Below the pieces are notes generated by a model, which was given only the letters and a program-made list of their open reading frames with translations, had not been told where the DNA came from and ran no database searches. Shown here in pieces: positions 50,037 to 61,132 of a DNA stretch of 64,000 bases. A program made the translations under genes and the position numbers. The DNA is taken from assembly GCA_963758525.1 (NCBI GenBank), contig CAVWVQ010000003.1:1664001-1728000 (forward strand), written 5' to 3'. Source of the stretch: an uncultured Phycisphaerales bacterium. GTDB taxonomy: Bacteria; Planctomycetota; Phycisphaerae; Tepidisphaerales; Tepidisphaeraceae. How positions within the stretch are numbered: the first letter of the stretch is position 1; each line of letters starts with the position of its first letter.

Positions 50037-51574
50037 TCAGCTCGCCGCGCCGAGCGAACGCGACATCTTCACGAGCAACGCGAAGAGAATAAACGCGATA
50101 AGCATGGGCCACAGGTCGAGGAAATAGAAATTCCGGAACGTGCGGAAAATCCAGACGCTCAGGGAAAGGCTCAGGAGAATGGTAGTGGGCCGGCCTTGCG
50201 CCTTCTGGAGAACGCGCTCGAACAATCTCATCAGCCAACCCACCAGCATCCCCCCTTCGATCACGCCCATCAATCCGTAGCGGACGTACCAGTGCCCGGC
50301 CAGCCCCTGTGAGATGGTGGTGCCTTCCAGGCCGTTGGTACCCGCGACTACCTGGTTGTACCAGACCATCGCCGGATCCGACGGCTTGGTTTTCCACAGC
50401 GCCCGCGGAATCGGATGCAGCAGGAACCAGAGCAGTGTCTCAGGCATCACCCGCACAGCACCTTCCCCCGGGATTCGGTTCGAGAAGAACCCGACCTTGT
50501 CGGGAACCAGGTAAAATCCCGGCAACCCCTCGGAGAACATCGCGTTGCCGTTGTTGGAGAAGAGCTGGAGGTCGTGAACGTCGACCGCGGCATATCCCTG
50601 CGTTCGGTACGACCCTTCAAACTGGACCACCAGCAGCAGCACCAGCCCGATGAATCCCGCGACAACATACGCGAGGAGACTGTGCGGGCGAAAATTCTCC
50701 ACGGCGCTGGCCTGATACTTGATGAACACGATCGCCACCGCGGGCAGCAGCATCTTCACCATGTTTCCGCGCCGGCCGTCTTCAAATGTGTAAATTGTCC
50801 AGAAGATCCAGATCAGCGCGCCGATGCACTGCTTGCCTCTGGTTCGTCCAACCAGAAGAGCGTAGAAAATTCCGAACAGCCCGCTGACCGTGCCGATCTC
50901 CAGAAGCTGCGTAACGTATCCGCCCCAACTGTAGTTGTAGTTGCCGGTGCGCCCTCGGTCCAGCGGGGATGGCCGACCCATTGGCTGAACAATCCGCGGT
51001 AGACCGAGACGAAGAATGACTCGGAGGTAAAGAAAGCGAAGGCAGAGAGTCCCACGGCAAAGAGGGCGAGTGTGATCCAAAAGTAGAGATCCGGATCAGC
51101 CGGCTCTGGAAGCGAGAGCAGCAGCCGCTCGACCCGATGGCCCCAGGGCAGCAACAGGCCGATCGTCATCGAAATCGCCAGCAGGCAATGATAAAACGCC
51201 GACTTGGCAACAGTTTCCGCCGGAAATGGAGTCGTTGACGCCCGGAAATCCCTGCCGAGCCAGTTGCTCAGATAATCCTGACAGAACCAGACGAGGATTC
51301 CGCCGAACAGCAGAATCCCGCCGGTACCGAAACGGCGTGGGAAGCGTTGCAGCTCGTTGATGAACAGCACCGCGCAGATAAGCGACAGGAGGACAAACCC
51401 AACATCGGTGAGAATCGGGATTCCGCCGCCCACCCACGAAATCCCGCAGATCAGCAGCGGCAGCGCGAATGGAACCGGAAGATAAACTGAGCGCGGCAGA
51501 TAACCCGCCATCGGCTCGGCCAGAGCGGCTTCGGGATGCTGCTCGTAGGTGACGCCGCCGGCAAATTCCATCAA
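50037..51574 (-). CDS. Wzy-like polysaccharide polymerase membrane protein (frameshifted)
   Basis: Many TM segments across ORFs 50813-51574 and 50037-51080; GRRG and PIPRALWKTKP loop motifs. Confidence 0.7.
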
Positions 51575-51607
51575 TTCTCCAAACGCTCTGCGGCGTCTTG
51601 CCTGATA

Positions 51608-52889
51608 CTACGTGACCGGAACGCAATCTGTCTCGACTGGTACGCGATGCATCCAATGCTGGATCGCGTTTTCCAGATGCTCCGCCTGCTCGCGAAGTCC
51701 GAATTGTTGCGCCTTTCGCGGAGCGGCCAGCGACATGGCCCGCACCAATTCGCGATCGCGATGCAGCGTCAGGATCGCATCGGCCAATCCCCGGGAATCG
51801 GAAGCAGGGACGATCAGTCCATCAACCGAGTGCGTCACCACCTCGCCGCAGTTGGGCGTGGTAATCACCGGCAGGCCGAAGCTCATCGCCTCAAGCTGCG
51901 TGATGGCAAATCCGTCGGAGATCGTCGGCAGCACAAAGATGTCCGCCTCGCGGTAGAGGTCGCAAGTCTGCCGCCCGGCTGATGCGCCCGCGAAAAGAAA
52001 CGCTCGATGGCGCCGACGCAACCGCGTCGGCTGAAATAGCCAGCGGCCCCGCCACGATAAACTCAATCTGCTCGCCGGCCAGCAGTTTGGCCGCTTCGAT
52101 CAGATACTGAATTCCCTTGCGAAGGTTGACCGTTCCCACCCAAAGCACGCGCAGGGCCGCGCCCGGCTCGCGCTTGACGGCCGTGCCGGCCGCCAACGGA
52201 GGCTCGTATCCGACCGGCGCGACGATCAGCTTCGCCGGGTCGACTCCGCATTCCCGCAGGGCTGCGCCCGACCACCGCGAGTTGACGACGATCAGGTCGG
52301 CCAACTTCCATTCCCGGGCGATTCGCTCAAAATAATCGTCCGGAACTCTCCCCGGAGTCTCCTGCCAGCCCGGCCATTTGAGTGCCTCGCGCCGGACGAT
52401 TCTCTCTTCCGCCGGCCCCGGATCGATCTGATCGACGATTGTAAGAACGTCGCGGCTGCGCAGATATTCGATCGTCTCCAGTGAAGCGGTGTTAAAGCCA
52501 TGGAATGCGTCGAGGCCCGGCACGAAAGAACTTTTCTCCATCTCCGCGTTGACACGCTCACAGAACCACTCCCCCGCCTGCATGAATTGGAAGTAAGCTT
52601 CCTCTAGCGTGCGTGCGCGCCGGCCCCGGGCCGCATGCCATAGGCCGCTGGAATTGAAGGAGACAATCTTGTGCGATGGAATTCCGCAGTGATATCTCCC
52701 AGCCCAGCTCCGCGCCGCGAGCGGTCCGTGCGCCAGCAGGCTTCTTCCGTGGCGGCACCAGATGTCGGTGTAAAATCGGCGCAGATTTCCGTTGCTCTCA
52801 AAGCCGCGCGGAATCCCATAATGCTGGCGGGCGCCGATCTGTGAGACGGTCCAACGGAGCGCAGCCACGAGGTCAATCCTTGCTGTCAA
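51608..52889 (-). CDS. GT4 glycosyltransferase (frameshifted)
   Basis: GARQHY, VGTVNLRKGI, then FVLPTISDGFAITQLEAM. Confidence 0.85.
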
Positions 52890-53694
52890 TGAGTGCCGGT
52901 CCGCGATCCGTCATGCCCGTTGGCGGCTCCGTTCCGGGAAGCAAAACGCTGCGCGCTTCCGACAGGGTCACCTGCACGCTTGGCGCTCCGCCGGCGGCAA
53001 ACACCTCCAGCGACACCACGGCTTCGACGATCTGCCCGTCGAGGCGCACGAATCGCAGCCGGGAAGGCGACCGCGTCAGACCCGGACGCAGATCCGCAAG
53101 CCAGAGTTTAACCAGTTCCCGGTCGTCGGGATGCACGAAGTCAACCAGCGGTTCGTTCAAGAGGCCCTGCCGCCGGATCGGGCCCAGCAGCGCAACCATC
53201 GAGGTGTTGAGCACCCGGATAACTCCATCTTTCAACACCAGAATCGGCTCGACAGACTGGTAAATCACCGTCAGATATCGGCTCTCACTGAGCGCCAATT
53301 CGTTCGCGGCGGCACGCATCTGAAGACGATGGGCGCGCTCACTGAGCAAACTGATCAAAATCCCCAATCCGGAAAAAGAGATCAGGCGAACCTGGTCGAC
53401 ATAGTTGGACACATGCAACGACCACGTTGGCGGAACGACCAGCGCCGTAAACAGCACGGCAAGCCCTGTTGCGAGCAGCCCCGGACCGATGCCGCCGACA
53501 TACGCAGCGAAGAATACCGCAAAGGGCATCCCAATCAGTGGCAAATCTTTGCCGACGCGAGTCGCCATCTCCCGTACGGCCCACCCTAACACGACAAACA
53601 GGACTGCCAGAAGATATCGCACCGGCACCGAACGCCGCTTCGGCTGAAGCGGATCAGATTCCCAAATCATTGATGACACCATCGACAGCTTCAT
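52873..53694 (-). CDS. DUF4118 membrane domain plus PAS, with no output domain
   Basis: RYLLAV..AAYVGGIGPGLLAT..; SESRY, FVHPDDRE, RLDG. Confidence 0.75.
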   Translation of the reverse strand: MKLSMVSSMIWESDPLQPKRRSVPVRYLLAVLFVVLGWAVREMATRVGKDLPLIGMPFAVFFAAYVGGIGPGLLATGLAVLFTALVVPPTWSLHVSNYVDQVRLISFSGLGILISLLSERAHRLQMRAAANELALSESRYLTVIYQSVEPILVLKDGVIRVLNTSMVALLGPIRRQGLLNEPLVDFVHPDDRELVKLWLADLRPGLTRSPSRLRFVRLDGQIVEAVVSLEVFAAGGAPSVQVTLSEARSVLLPGTEPPTGMTDRGPALIDSKD

Positions 53695-53770
53695 TCTACC
53701 CCCTGCCGCATCATAGCAAATTGAAGGGTCCGTCAATGCAGGTTCTTCCCGAGGCTGATAAGATACGAGA

Positions 53771-54919
53771 TTGTTGCCTCCTCTCGCGATCACCCATTTT
53801 ATTCCTGCCGTCCGCCTTGCCGACGGCGGCGTCGTCCGCGCGGTGCTGGACTGGTGCAGGCTGACGGCCGGGCGAGGGCATCGGGTCAGTCTTCTCACCT
53901 ACGATGCCACCGACGCCCCCGTTGGATGGCAATCCGGGCGTCAGACCGGTTTACCGCAGCTCCTTACGCTTCCGCGAGCTAATCGGCTCGGCCGGCTCCC
54001 TTCAACCGCTTTGCGGGCCGCGCACGTTGCCCTCGAACAAACGGAGGTTCTGCATCTGCACGGCCTGTGGCTGCCGTGCAACCTTCAGCTTGCGGCGCTC
54101 GCCCGCAAGGCGGGCAAACCCTTTGTCCTGACCACCCACGGCATGCTCGATGACTGGGCCACGGCCCAGCACTGGCTCAAAAAGCGCGCCTTTCATTCGA
54201 TCTTTGGAGAACGCTTCCTTCGCCAGGCATCCCTGATTCACTGCATGGCCGAAGAGGAAAAACGCCAGGCGTTGCCCTGGATCGGCGATGCACCCGTTGC
54301 CGTTGTGCCCTGCCTGGTCGATCTTGAACCCTATCGCGATCTTGCCCAGCCTCCCCCATCGCCAAAGACGGCAACCTCGACTCTGTTGTTCCTCGGCCGC
54401 CTGCACCTCAAGAAAGGGTGCGACCTTCTGATCGAGGCGGCAGCCGAGTTGCGCCGGCGAGGACAACCGGTGCATCTGCTGATTGCCGGCCAGGGCGAAG
54501 CGTCCTACGAAGCGAGTCTCAGGGACTTGACCCGCCGGCTTGGTCTGCAGGACTGCGTCGATTTTTTGGGCTTGGTGACCGGCCCGGCAAAGCTTTCGCT
54601 CTTCCAGTCGGCCGATTTGTTCGTCCTTCCCACCAGCCAGGAGAACTTCGGCCTCGCCCTGATCGAAGCCGCCGCCTGCGGCACGCCGCTTTTAACAACC
54701 AAGGGCGTGGACATCTGGCGCGAGCTCGAACTTGCCGGGGCGGCAATTGCCGAGCGATCCGCCAGCGCCTTCGCAGACGCGATCGAGCGGCTTCTGCTCG
54801 ACCGCCCGCAACTGCAGGCCAAGGGCCTTTCCGCGCGGGACTGGGTCTTCAGCAGGCTCGACCCGGATCGGCTGCTCGCGGAGTACGAAGCGTTTTACGA
54901 ATCGGTCATCTGCCGTTAA
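53771..54919 (+). CDS. GT4 glycosyltransferase
   Basis: HLHGLW, HGMLD, FLGRLHLKKG, ENFGLALIEA. Confidence 0.9.
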   Translation: MLPPLAITHFIPAVRLADGGVVRAVLDWCRLTAGRGHRVSLLTYDATDAPVGWQSGRQTGLPQLLTLPRANRLGRLPSTALRAAHVALEQTEVLHLHGLWLPCNLQLAALARKAGKPFVLTTHGMLDDWATAQHWLKKRAFHSIFGERFLRQASLIHCMAEEEKRQALPWIGDAPVAVVPCLVDLEPYRDLAQPPPSPKTATSTLLFLGRLHLKKGCDLLIEAAAELRRRGQPVHLLIAGQGEASYEASLRDLTRRLGLQDCVDFLGLVTGPAKLSLFQSADLFVLPTSQENFGLALIEAAACGTPLLTTKGVDIWRELELAGAAIAERSASAFADAIERLLLDRPQLQAKGLSARDWVFSRLDPDRLLAEYEAFYESVICR

Positions 54920-54950
54920 TCCCTCACCGGGGTCGGACAGGGCTCAGGGT

Positions 54951-56207
54951 TCAACTCACGGCTTGCCGAAATAGCTGCAGCATTGCGGCGGCGTTGCCGT
55001 CCCAGGTCAATTGCTCGGCCACCAGTGCCTGGGCGGCAGCTCCCATGCGCAGGCGTGCTGCATCGTCGGAAAGAATTGCGTCCAGCGCCTCCTCGGCGGC
55101 GTCGACCGATTTGGGCACGATTGCACGTCCGTGCACCCCGTCTCGGACGACATCCGTAATCCCGCCGTCATTGGCGCAGATGATCGGCTTGCCCGCGCTC
55201 ATCGCTTCAACAAACACCGTGGCAAACGGCTCATCCCATCCGATCAGCGCAAACGCGTCGGACCATACCATCTCCTGCAACACCACATCGTGCGCCACTT
55301 TTCCCAGCAACTGCACCCGCTCCTGGAGATTGGCGGCGCGGATCGCCGCCTCGATCAGGCTCCGCTGCGCACCGTCACCGGCGATTCGCAGCACCGCATC
55401 GGGGTTCCGACCGGCAATCCTCCCGAAGGCTTCCACCAGCAGCGGGATGCCTTTGCGCTCATAGAACATGCCGGCGCTGAAGATGATCTTGCGGCCGACG
55501 AGTTTTGCCGGCCGAGGTGTATCCCAGCAGGCGCGTGGAATCGGATCGACGCCGTTGTGAATCGTGCACGCCCGCACCCCCGGAAAAATCCGCCGCATAT
55601 CCCCTTCCATGCGCCGCGACACCGCCACGACCGCGGAAGCATGACGATAGACTTCGTCAAAGAGCGCCTTGCGGGCGGGGAATTGGTCGCAGTAAGTGAT
55701 TTCCTGAAAATCGTGGTCGGTGACGACATAGGGAATGCCAAATTCCCGCTGCAGTTGTCGCGCGACAAAGCCATTGACTGCCGTATGGTGGGCAAAAATC
55801 ACGTCGGGCCGGCTCCGCGACAATCGCGTCGCGCAGGGCGCCGGCGGCGCTGTGCCAACCCAGGCTCAACTGCCGCGACGGAGCTGGAAACGCCCACTGT
55901 TTGAAAGGAGGAATGGGATAGAGAAGCCAGCGCGGATAGGCAACCTCCAGATCCCCGAAACGGTGTTCGGCAGGCGTATAAGCGTACGCCCGCGCCCGGG
56001 CGTGCGCGCCAGCGCCTTTGGCACCCATGGCGTGAGTGACACGACGCGAAAATCGGGAATGTGGCGTCGCAACGCCTGCGCCTGTGCCAGCGCCCAGGGC
56101 CCCAGCAGCATGTTCAGCGGACGCGGAAAGAACGTCGCCAGAAAAAGGACGCGCGGAACAGTTCCGCGCTCGCCTGATTGCGAATTCCGTTTGATCGCTC
56201 CATCCAT
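54951..56207 (-). CDS. GT4 glycosyltransferase (frameshifted)
   Basis: RVLFLATFFP N-terminus; RKG and EPFATVFVEAM in ORF 54951-55823. Confidence 0.85.
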
Positions 56208-56314
56208 GAAATGCGTTCTCTTCTGACAATTGTCCAAACAGAACCCGACCTTGCAACGTAAAGTTGACAACGTCGCCCCGCAGACCGTGTACGTTCTAGA
56301 TACCGCTAACGCCC

Positions 56315-58792
56315 TTGGAGCAACGTCCTTTGATCAGTAGCGCGCAGACACATTCGCTCATTGCGGCCTTCCTGCTGCTGGCCGTCTCGCATGCGCCGGC
56401 GGCGCAACCGGTTGACGATTTCCATCATTCCATTGAGCCGATCCTTTCGCACTACTGCTACGACTGCCACGGCGACGGCGAGCACAAGGGCGGCGTGACG
56501 CTCGATGGCCTGAGCTCGGACGACGCGTTGCTCAACAACCGCGATTTCTGGTGGCGCATCCTGAAAAATGTGCGCGCGGGCATCATGCCGCCTCAGAAAA
56601 GCGATCGGCCTTCGGAAGAGGAGAAGGGCCGGCTGGCAGATTGGATCAAGCACGGAGCTTTCGGCATCAACCCGCTGTCACCCGATCCTGGCCGCGTCAC
56701 GATCCGCCGGCTCAATCGCGTGGAGTACCGACACACGATCTCGGACCTGCTGGGCGTCGATTTCAACACCACCGAGGAATTTCCTCCTGATGACACCGGC
56801 TACGGCTTTGACACCATCGGCGACGCCTTGAGCGTTTCGCCGCTTCTGCTCGAAAAATACATGCAGGCCGCGCAGACGGTTGTCGCTCAGGGCGTGCCCG
56901 CTTCCGCGCGCAAACCGCAGGAACAGACAATCTGGAGCGACGCTTTCCACAGCAGCGACCGGTCGATCAACGGCGGCCATTTGAGTTTCGCCGATGAGGC
57001 CGCGGTTTCGGCCAGCTTCACCGTCACGCAACCCGGGGATTATCTGCTCCATCTGCACGTGCATGTCAACGGGGAGTTCGATTTCGATCCCGGCAAATGC
57101 AGATTGGTTTTCAAGTCGGGCGAAAAAGAACTTTGGCAGCAGGAGCTCGCCTGGGCGGAGGGGAAGAACATCACCGCCACCCTTGCCCAACAATGGCAGC
57201 CGGGCGATCACTCGCTGAGCTTTGAGTTGCATCCGCTTGCGTCTCCAGACAACAAGCGCTCCAACATTCACCTTCGGATTGAGTCCGTGCAGATCGAAGG
57301 GCCGTTGGACGAGAAGTTCTGGGTACCCGCCGAGAGCTATCACCGGTTCTTCCCGCGGGACGAGGCGCCGGCCTCCGAGCCGCAGCGAGAACAGTATGCA
57401 CGCGAGGTGCTGGACGCCTTCACGCGCAAGGCCTTCCGTCGTCCGGCCAGCGCGGAGGTTTTGGATCGGCTCGTCGAGATCGCGCAGCGCGTGTACCGCC
57501 AGCCGGGCAAAACATTTGAGCAGGGAGTTGCCGAAGCGATGACCGCCGTGCTGGCGTCGCCGCGATTTTTGTTTCGCGTCGAAGAAAGCGCCATGAGAAA
57601 TGCCGGCGAACCTTACTCGCCGGTGGACGAATACTCGCTCGCCTCCCGGCTCTCGTATTTTCTCTGGTCCAGCATGCCGGACGAGCAGCTGTTTGACCTC
57701 GCTTCGCGCGGCGAGCTGCGGAAGAACCTGCACGCGCAGGTCGATCGCATGATCCGCGACCCTCGGTCCGAGGCGCTGGTGCACAATTTCGCCGGCCAAT
57801 GGCTGCAATTGCGCGACGTCGACAGCGTGCCCATCAATGCCCGGATCGTGCTTGCCCGGGACGCAATGAGCAGCGCTGCCGGCAATGACCCCCAATTCAA
57901 CGGAAACGCGCGACTGGGGAAGCCGAGGATCAGGCTCGAGCCCCCGTTGCGCCAGGCGCTGCGGGAAGAGCCCGAGCGCATGTTTTCCCGCATTCTGCAC
58001 GAGAATCGGCCGTTAGTGGAACTGATTGACTGCAATTACACGTTTCTCAACGAGCGGCTCGCCAAGCTGTATAACATTCCTGATGTCGCCGGTGATGAGA
58101 TGCGCCTCGTAGAGCTTCCCGCGGATAGTCCCCGCGGAGGCGTATTGACGATGGGTTCGTTCCTGATCGTCACGTCCAACCCGACCCGCACGTCTCCAGT
58201 CAAACGCGGACAATTCATCCTCGACAATATTCTGGGCATGCCGACCCCTGCTCCGCCGCCGAACATTCCCGCGCTCGAGCAATCCGAGCAGGCCATCAAT
58301 GGTCGCCAGCCGACCTTCCGTGAAGTGCTGCAGATGCATCGCAGCAAGCCGCTCTGTGCCTCGTGCCATTCGCGGATGGACCCGATCGGTCTCTCGCTGG
58401 AAAACTTCAACGCGATGGGAATGTGGCGGGAGCATGAGCGCGGCCAGCCGATCGACGCGTCGGGTCAATTGACCACCGGCGAATCGTTCCACGATATCCG
58501 GGATCTGAAGAAAATCGTGGAAAACAATCACCGGACGGACTTCTACCGCTGCCTCACGGAAAAAATGTTGACTTATGCGCTGGGACGCGGGCTGGAATAC
58601 TACGATGTCGAGGCCGTTGACCGGATCGTGGACAAGATCGTGCGCGCCAACGGCCAGTCGTCGGCGTTGCTGGCCGGCATCATTGATTCGGTGCCGTTCC
58701 AGGAAAGACGCAATCATCCGGCCACCGACGCCACGGCCACGCAGCCGGCCGTCGCAACAGAGCCGCGGGTGCAATTAGAGGTGCGACCATGA
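56315..58792 (+). CDS. DUF1592-family (DUF1587/1595/1592/1588/1585) cytochrome c-motif protein
   Basis: CYDCH, RRLNRVEY, LASRLSYFLWSSMPD, TSPVKRG, CASCH. Confidence 0.93.
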   Translation: MEQRPLISSAQTHSLIAAFLLLAVSHAPAAQPVDDFHHSIEPILSHYCYDCHGDGEHKGGVTLDGLSSDDALLNNRDFWWRILKNVRAGIMPPQKSDRPSEEEKGRLADWIKHGAFGINPLSPDPGRVTIRRLNRVEYRHTISDLLGVDFNTTEEFPPDDTGYGFDTIGDALSVSPLLLEKYMQAAQTVVAQGVPASARKPQEQTIWSDAFHSSDRSINGGHLSFADEAAVSASFTVTQPGDYLLHLHVHVNGEFDFDPGKCRLVFKSGEKELWQQELAWAEGKNITATLAQQWQPGDHSLSFELHPLASPDNKRSNIHLRIESVQIEGPLDEKFWVPAESYHRFFPRDEAPASEPQREQYAREVLDAFTRKAFRRPASAEVLDRLVEIAQRVYRQPGKTFEQGVAEAMTAVLASPRFLFRVEESAMRNAGEPYSPVDEYSLASRLSYFLWSSMPDEQLFDLASRGELRKNLHAQVDRMIRDPRSEALVHNFAGQWLQLRDVDSVPINARIVLARDAMSSAAGNDPQFNGNARLGKPRIRLEPPLRQALREEPERMFSRILHENRPLVELIDCNYTFLNERLAKLYNIPDVAGDEMRLVELPADSPRGGVLTMGSFLIVTSNPTRTSPVKRGQFILDNILGMPTPAPPPNIPALEQSEQAINGRQPTFREVLQMHRSKPLCASCHSRMDPIGLSLENFNAMGMWREHERGQPIDASGQLTTGESFHDIRDLKKIVENNHRTDFYRCLTEKMLTYALGRGLEYYDVEAVDRIVDKIVRANGQSSALLAGIIDSVPFQERRNHPATDATATQPAVATEPRVQLEVRP

Positions 58793-60198
58793 ATCGTGAG
58801 TCGATAACGAAACCAAGACAGCACATCCAACGCCGCCCAGACTTGACCCGGCGGCGGTTTCTTCAGGGAGTTGGCGCGTGCATCGCGCTGCCTGCGTTTG
58901 AGTCGTTGATCCCTCGCGCCGGCGCCGCGGCCGCCGCTGCGCCGGCGCCGGCGGGACTTGCGACGACCGCCACCGGGGCGCCGCTGCGAATGGGCGTCGT
59001 CTACTTTCCCAACGGCGCCATCCCCGCCAAATGGCGGCCCGCGGGAGAAGGCGCGCTGGAGCTGGCCCCGACGATGCAGCCGCTGGAGCAATTGAAGAAC
59101 CAACTGCAGGTCTTTGAAGGATTGGATCAGGTCAATGCCCTCGCCGGCCCCGACGGAGCGGGAGATCATGCCCGGGCCAGCGGCACCTTCCTCACCAGCG
59201 TCCGCGTGAAGAAGACCGCCGGCGCCGATATTCACGCCGGCGTCTCCATCGATCAGGTCATCGCCAATCATGTCGGGCAAGCCACCCGATTTCCCTCGCT
59301 CGAGCTCACCTGCGATGCCGTCCGAAAGTCCGGCAACTGCGACTCGGGTTATTCCTGCGCCTACCAGTACAACCTCTCCTGGCAGTCGCCGACCACTCCT
59401 GTCTCTCCCGAATGCAACCCGCGCCTCGTCTTTGAACGCCTCTTCGGATCGGGCGGCCCGGGCGAGCGAAGATCCAACTTCAAGCTTCGCCAGCAGCAGG
59501 AAAAGTCGATCCTCGATTTCATCACCGACGATGCCCAGAGCCTTGACAACCAGCTCGGCAACCGCGACCAGCAAAAGCTCGACGAATATCTCACCGGCGT
59601 ACGCGAAATCGAAAAACGCATCGAAAGCGCCGAACGGCACGGCGACACGATCGATCCCAATGTCCCCACCCCCGACGGCATCCCCGCTCAGTTTCAGGAG
59701 CACATCGGGCTCATGTTCAGCATGATGCACCTGGCTTTTCAGACCGACTCCACCCGCGTCGCGACGTTCCTCATGGCCAACGAAGGGAGCAACCGCGCCT
59801 TCGCCGAGATCGGCATCCCCGAAGGGCATCACTATCTCTCCCATCATCACGGCCAGCAGGACATGATCGACAAGGTCGCCCAGATCGACCTTTTCTACAT
59901 GAAGCAATTTGCCGCGTTCCTCGCCAAGCTGGATCAGACAAAGGACATCGACGGCAATTCCATCCTTCACAACTCGATGATTCTCTACGGCTCGGGCAAC
60001 TCCGACGGCGATCGCCACACCCACACCAACCTCCCGATCATCCTCGCCGGCGCCGCTGGCGGAACGCTCACGCCGGGCCGCTGCGTCAACTTTGGCGGGA
60101 CGCCCATGGCAAACCTCTATCTGAGCCTGGCGGATCGCCTGGGAGTGAACGGACTTTCGCGGTTTGGAGATTCGACAGGAAGGATTTCAGGGATCTGA
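58789..60198 (+). CDS. DUF1552 (HXXSHH) protein with a Tat signal
   Basis: TRRRFLQG, SIDQVIA, CDSGYSCAY, HHYLSHH. Confidence 0.93.
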   Translation: MNRESITKPRQHIQRRPDLTRRRFLQGVGACIALPAFESLIPRAGAAAAAAPAPAGLATTATGAPLRMGVVYFPNGAIPAKWRPAGEGALELAPTMQPLEQLKNQLQVFEGLDQVNALAGPDGAGDHARASGTFLTSVRVKKTAGADIHAGVSIDQVIANHVGQATRFPSLELTCDAVRKSGNCDSGYSCAYQYNLSWQSPTTPVSPECNPRLVFERLFGSGGPGERRSNFKLRQQQEKSILDFITDDAQSLDNQLGNRDQQKLDEYLTGVREIEKRIESAERHGDTIDPNVPTPDGIPAQFQEHIGLMFSMMHLAFQTDSTRVATFLMANEGSNRAFAEIGIPEGHHYLSHHHGQQDMIDKVAQIDLFYMKQFAAFLAKLDQTKDIDGNSILHNSMILYGSGNSDGDRHTHTNLPIILAGAAGGTLTPGRCVNFGGTPMANLYLSLADRLGVNGLSRFGDSTGRISGI

Positions 60199-60421
60199 GA
60201 ACGCGGAACGCTTTCGCGCATCTGAGAACGGGGAACGCGGAACGCTTCCGCATTTCCACGGACCATTGCTCCTAATGCAGCGCAATCCGCCCGGAGCCGC
60301 GGATGTACATCCGCGGCTTCTTTGCCCCCTCTGCACCTTAAAATCCCCGCTGCATTTTTACACAACTTTTCGCGCGCGCCGCGCGTCCAAAGAACGTTCT
60401 CTCTTCTGACGGGAGTGACGA

Positions 60422-60997
60422 GTGGATGAAACCGACGAGGCGCTGGTTCGCAGGGCGCAACAACGCGACCGGGCCGCATTCGAGAAACTCGTGCGGCGGA
60501 CCGCGCGCCTTCTCTTCTCGCGGCTCTACCTGGAAACCGGCAACGTCCACCGTGCTGAGGACCTCGTGCAGGAGACGCTGCTGGTCGCCTGGAAGTCCAT
60601 CGGACAAGTGACCGATCCGTCGGGCTTCCGTGCCTGGATGATGACGCTGGCAAAAACGGTTGCGATCGACGCCAACCGGCGCGATTGGCGAAAGAAACGC
60701 TTCGGTGTCCGCATGAATCTCCAGGCGGCACAAGACATTCCCGATCGCGCGCCTGGCCCGGAACTGGAAGCCGAGCAGGAGGAATCTCGCCGGCAGGTGC
60801 TGGAGGTGCTGCGCGCGCTGCCGGAGGAGTATCGCCTGCCGCTGACGTTGCGGTACATCGCCGGAGCCGACTACGAAACCATTAGCCGGCAACTGGGCCT
60901 GACCAACGGTTCGCTGCGCGGCCTGCTGAATCGAGGGATGGCCAGGCTCCGCGAGCAGATGCAGGCGCCCAAGCCCGCCGGGAGAGGGCCGGGGTGA
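60422..60997 (+). CDS. ECF RNA polymerase sigma factor
   Basis: AEDLVQET, FRAW, LPEEYR..LRY. Confidence 0.92.
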   Translation: MDETDEALVRRAQQRDRAAFEKLVRRTARLLFSRLYLETGNVHRAEDLVQETLLVAWKSIGQVTDPSGFRAWMMTLAKTVAIDANRRDWRKKRFGVRMNLQAAQDIPDRAPGPELEAEQEESRRQVLEVLRALPEEYRLPLTLRYIAGADYETISRQLGLTNGSLRGLLNRGMARLREQMQAPKPAGRGPG

Positions 60998-61132
60998 GTG
61001 TGATTTCGAACGTCGAATGCATCCGGCGCTCGAAATTACCCTCATCCTCACCGTCTCCCGGAGTACCGGGAGAAGGGACCAGAGGCCGTTCACCACTGAT
61101 AAAGGTGACGCTTGCGGAAGAGAGCAAACGCC

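Noticed and set aside
56315..60198. DUF1592/DUF1552 pair as a novel system
   Set aside because: This is a well-known, highly paralogous planctomycete gene pair with nothing unusual here.
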